A stretch of DNA of 64,000 nt. It comes from the human T2T-CHM13v2.0 reference genome, Homo sapiens. The stretch lies in the NCBI RefSeq assembly GCF_009914755.1, contig NC_060942.1. One strand, 5' to 3'. Positions within the stretch are counted from its first letter, which is position 1. Every line of letters begins with the position of its first letter. Shown piece after piece: positions 58,426 through 64,000 of this stretch. The notes beneath the pieces were generated by a model. That model was not told the origin of the DNA. It searched no databases and worked only from the letters and a program-made list of their open reading frames with translations. The position numbers and the translations under genes are program-made.

Positions 58426-59239
58426 TGAGGTTGTATATCTGCTCGTCTTTTATCGGTCTTTGCCATTCTATTACTTTCTGTTTCAGAGGATACCAGTTCA
58501 AAATTTTTCTACATTTTCTCCTCCCTATCTGAAGATTGACAAGAAGCAATGACTATGCTTTGCCAGAGGGTTCAATATAAAACAAATGAAAGTAGACATC
58601 ACATTACTTTTATAATATGCCAGCAATAGAAGCTTTCCTTATTTTCAAGACTCAGTAAAAGGAAGAGTGATTTTGACACATCTCTATGTACAAGAAAAAA
58701 CTAGCTGCCTTCATGCACCAAAGATATAATATTTGCCAATGCTCTTATTATCATATTTTATATTTGGTTAAGATATTAATGAGTGTTTGTAGAAGGCTGG
58801 CCTCTGTTTGTTTCATTTGTTTTTCGAATCGTTGAGAATTCATGAAACCTCTAACAGGAAGACAGCTTGCAAAAATTCTAGAATAAAGGGAGATCATACT
58901 CCAGTTTATCTCATTTCATTCATCTTCTAAATATTGGAGTTTCCTGCGGGTCATTCCTCTCTGAGCTTCTCTTCATTTTACACTCTCTCCCTAGGTGATC
59001 TCATCCCGTTTTATAGGTTAAATGAATTCTGTAAACTTCAGGTTCTGGCAGTATGACAACTCTTCCATTTCAAGCCTTTAGAAGTACTAGTTGGAATGTG
59101 TAAAATGATTTTGAATATATGAACTGAAGCTCGGAGAGATAAAGAATGCCAGAAATGGAGAGGAAATGGAATGCCAGAGGTAAACGAGTGAGTTAATGAT
59201 ATCACTGCCTTGGAGTAAAATTATTGAACAACTCCAGTC

Positions 59240-60860
59240 AGAGATCCAAAAGGAGAGCTTCAAATATATGAATGAAAATGTGGCAGAATAATAAGAAATT
59301 GACACATCCACAGTCATGCAGGGAATTACTGATACACACCTCTCTATGCAGCTGATAGATCAAGAATGCAAAAATTAGCACAGATATAAAAATATGATTA
59401 CATGATTAACAAGCTTTACATGAATACAATCCTATACCCCAAAATTGGAGAGTGCATGTTTTTAAGTGAATAATTGAATATTTATAAAAATTGATCACAC
59501 ATTCCCTTTAAACAGTTTCCAAGAATATCAAAGGGACCATCAAAACAAATTATGATGCCACCATGTGATAAAAACGAAACTCAGTAAAAAGGGGGAAAAT
59601 CCGCACAGGCTGCAAATGCAGCCGCACCATGAAATATAAAGAAGAATCATAATGGAAATAATAAAATATTTAGAACTGAAAGGCAGTATATGTCAAAAAT
59701 AGTGGGATAGATTGAAGTTTCTGGTAGTGCAAAAGACAAGAAGTATTGAAATTTTGTTGCTGTGTAACACTTTAAAGTGCTTAGAAGAAAATATCGAAAA
59801 TGAGTAACTTTTTAAATAAATGGATGAGCTTGGAAGAAAAGACAGGAAAAATTTAGTCCTAGAACAAAACCAGAACATCAGTCCAGGAAAGTAAATAAAC
59901 ACTGAAACCATTGGCTGACTTGGGAGTATATATAAATATATGCCCCCAGTGACCTATAGTTTCAGTGTGTGAAGGGAGTCGCCAGTGTGAATCCCAGTTT
60001 TATTTGCTGTGGTTTAACCACCCCTTTGGTCCTGGGCAGGCCCAAACCCTGCTTAGAGACCACACCAGAAAAATCTAGGATTCAAAGAAAAGGTGAGATG
60101 TGAAAATAATAAGATGAAATAAAGCCCAGAAAAAGCAGCGAGGAAAATTCTCTAGCTAGGCCTAACTGCCCGTGGGTTGTTTAAAAAACAAACAAATAAA
60201 ATTTTAAACAGCTTCTCTTAGAATCTATGGCAAATGATAGACCTTTTGTGTGCTTTAACTCAGAATCTTGATATTTGTAATCTAATAATTGTAATAAAAA
60301 TTTTTAAGGCTATACCACATCACACAAATGTTGATATGTAGTACGATCATTTCTGTTCTAAGTATTTTCTAATTTTCATTTAAATTAGTTGTAAGCATTT
60401 CTTAGTTTTCAAATGTAAGTGGAATTTTTAAAATCATTTTGTTATTTATCTGTAATTCAATTTCATTGTCATCATAAAATATATAACAGCAATTCTGTAA
60501 GATTATGACCTAAAACAAGGCCAAGTTTCATAAGTAAGTTCTGTGTGTGTTTACGTAAACGTGTATCCTCCAATTATTTGTACAGTGTGCTATTATGTTT
60601 TATGACCAATAGGGTTTATCATGGAAAGCAAACTTTGGTTCAATATTAGAAAGTCATTCAAGGTAATATAATAAAAAAGAAACAAAATAAAATAAATTGT
60701 TTAGGAAGCTTATAAGGAACATTCAATACATTTCAGCATCTATTTACAATTTTTAAAATATCACTCAGAGAAATAAAATGAAAGACATTTCTGTAATTTG
60801 ATAGAGGTTATATTATAAAAACTGACGGCAAACATATCTAATAAAGAAACATTACATGAA
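59240..60860. mobile_element. Fragmented L1ME ORF2 relics (mixed orientation)
   Basis: aaaaattgatcacaca (KIDH) near 59490; ataaaatatttagaactgaa; minus-oriented pieces at about 60300-60600. Confidence 0.5.
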
Positions 60861-61009
60861 TTTCATTCATTTCCAGGCACAGTCCCTCCTGTCACCTAAA
60901 TTGTACCTCCTTTCCCATCTTCCCCATCATTCCCATATGTTGTGAATATTAACAACATATTCACCAACTGAATACCAAGTGCCAAGCTGAAACTCTAGCA
61001 GTAATCATT

Positions 61010-61115
61010 TGTTTTTGTTTTTTAAGAGATGAGGTCTTGCTACGTTGCCCAGGCTGATCCTCCCACCTCCGCCTTCCAAGCAGCCGGGACTACAGGTGTG
61101 CCACCACACCTGGTT
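61010..61115 (-). mobile_element. FLAM/Alu monomer fragment inside an L2 relic (about 60880-61900, plus strand)
   Basis: gagatgaggtcttgctacgttgcccaggctg...gggactacaggtgtgccaccacacctgg; L2 end tgaatgaat at 61888. Confidence 0.75.
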
Positions 61116-61902
61116 CAACTAGCAGTCATTTTTTAATTTTATTTTTCCCTCACATCTAATATCTAGCCTGCCAGTGGGTCTCAGCAGTCCTCTCTCCAGA
61201 GAACATCCTCAGTCTGTTGACTTCTACCCATCTGCACATCTACTGCTGAGTGAATCCCTCTCCATCTCTCATGTGAACTTCTGAAACAGCCTCCCACCTG
61301 ATCAGTTTTTCTCCATACAACCTGTTTGCCATATAGACTAACAAACAGAGTAATTTGCTTTAATAAACCAGACCATGATGCATCCCCAGTCAGAATCTTT
61401 CAATGGCTTCCATTTCACTTTCAATAAAATCAAAGCATCTGACCATGACCCACAAAGTCCTGTATGGTCTGGCCTTGGCCTGACTCTCAGACTCCACCTC
61501 TCCCACGATTCTCCATGATAATTAAACACTTGTCCCACTGGCCTCTCGGTTCTTTAATTGCCCCAAGCTTGTTTCTCCTTCAAGACTTCAACATATTCTG
61601 CTTTCTTGGCCTAGATTGCTCAGGTTTCTGCTAAAATGTCCCCTTCTTAGAGAGAGCTTCCCTGACGACTCATAAATAATCTGTCTCATTATCTGCCTTT
61701 ACCTCCCTGGTAGCACTAATCATTATTCAAAGTCACATTAGTTATTGATTTGTCTGTTGCTTATTTTCCACTTGTCCCACTAGCAAGTAGGCCCTTTGAG
61801 AGCAGGGAATTTGTCTGTCTTGTTCATAGCTGAATCCCCTGCCCCTCGAACATTGCCTGGCACACAAAGGAACTCAGTAAATGTCTTTGAATGAATCTAA
61901 CA

Positions 61903-62131
61903 TAGCACTATCCAAAGCATAGTCTGCTGACCACGGAGTGTTTATTACTGGTCTGCAATGAGATAAATATACAAATCAAGAGTAAGCATTTACCAACTTT
62001 GATAACAATTTGACATGTGCTTGATCTTTTCCCCAGAACTTAATTTTTATTGTATTTTACAAGAGTATCGTTTTGCATCAGATTAGAAATTTTACAGATG
62101 TGGTCTTTCATCACAGTTTGAGAAGCACTAG
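61903..62131. mobile_element. hAT-Charlie (MER5/Charlie-like) fragment
   Basis: Terminus cacagtttgagaagcacta. Confidence 0.5.
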
Positions 62132-62192
62132 TCTCAACAAGGACTGGGGTATAAAATAGCTTTCTCCATCTGTTTTTGCATTACTGCATTTA

Positions 62193-62730
<538 letters not shown>

Positions 62731-62959
62731 GAAGAAGCATCCCTGGAGAGGTGGCACATGAAGGAGAAGAAGGTCTCCAGATGAATAAGAGAAGGGGGCA
62801 TTCTGGGCAGGGGAAGGCAAATGGAAAGTCGTGAGAACACAGGGCTTTCGCAAAGCACAAGTGGCACCATGGGCTTAGAATCCTGGGTACAGAGACTGAG
62901 GTGGGAGACGAGGCTGGAGAAAGGCTGTGGTTGTTTGTTTTACTGTCCAACATTTGTTG

Positions 62960-63260
62960 TCAGCCCCTCTGTACAGGAAGATTATAATTCTTCCCACATT
63001 GACCAAGTCCATTTGGGCCTACGAAATGTGAGCGGAGGTGGCACGAGCCCCTTCTGAGCAGATTCTCTGAAAGCCCTCATGAGTTATTCCAGCCCCTTTC
63101 ACTCTGCCACAGCCCTGGCATGGCCCAGTTAGGGGCTGTCTGTCATCCTGGGTCCTGGAATGGGGACTTGTGCAGCAAAGTCAACCCTCAAGGAACATGA
63201 GATGAGAGTAGAAAATAATGCTTGGATGTTGTAAGCCACTAAAATGTGTCACCACAGGGA
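62960..63260 (+). mobile_element. Old MLT1 LTR relic
   Basis: gaacatgagatgagagtagaaaataatgcttggatgttgtaagccactaaaatg. Confidence 0.55.
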
Positions 63261-64000
63261 GACATTACCTCTGCTGACCGGTCCCAGAGGCCAGCATGTC
63301 GCCCATCCCGGCACATGGCAGAGGAAACCCAGAGCAGGGCTGTCGTGCCCCCGTGCGTCAGTTAACCCTGAACACCAGTTCCCAGCCCCACACTGTGGCT
63401 GCTAAGCAGCAGCCAGGTTCCTCAACAGGTACTCAATTTTGAGCAGAGAATTAGGAGAGCTCTGACTTCTCAGTTTTTATAGAGTGCCCGGCTGTGTTGC
63501 ACCAAGTCAGACAGGGAGAATGCCATCTGTCAGCCGTGGCATTCTGAATGAATCTTAAGGCACATCATTTAGAGAGAATGCTATAACAGAAAATGAAAGG
63601 CAGCATGATGTAAAAGGAACAAAGGCCCTGTTCTGCAGTTCCAAAGCTTTTACCTGGCAAAATTTAAACCAATATGTTGACAAAAATCAATGAAAGAAAA
63701 CTATGCTCTCAAAGATTGTTGTGTAACAAGGGGGAAGTCTTGAGATGCTCAAATCTAAGAGTTTCCAAGTGGCATGCAAAATTTCATGTCATTTCTCCAC
63801 ATCTTTGGGAATATGGTGGGTGTTAGTTACCTAATCAACAGTTAACATAATCATCGTTCTGTTCTGAATCTAAGGTAGATTCTTCCATTTGAAAATTCAA
63901 AATTCACAGTTTTATGGCTCATTAAGACCCTTCCCTGGTCCCTAGGGGCAGCTACCCCTCAATGCTGCCCCCACTCCACAATACCAGTATTGATGGTCAA

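Overview
Primate (human or great-ape-like) genomic DNA: AT-rich, CpG-depleted and dominated by transposable elements. I recognise no host protein-coding exon; every long ORF in the track comes from L1, Alu or LTR sequence. The main feature is a full-length, inactivated, young L1 (L1PA2-like, 47027-53057) nested in the same orientation inside an older near-full-length L1PB (44473-56029). Also present are several older L1M elements, a solo LTR13 (HERV-K group) inserted into an Alu that itself sits in an L1, a three-level L1>THE1>MADE1 nest, MaLR LTRs, Alus, MIR/L2/L3 relics and hairpin-type DNA-transposon MITEs. The most notable observations are up to three L1 3' transductions. The clearest is a ~670 bp transduction at 10441-11111, bounded by a 17-bp TSD. 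There is also a tiny poly(A)-tailed, terminally base-paired 53-nt insert at 33110-33185 that looks like an L1-mobilised retrocopy of a small RNA derived from an ERV1 LTR. Subfamily names are from recalled consensus sequences, not database searches.
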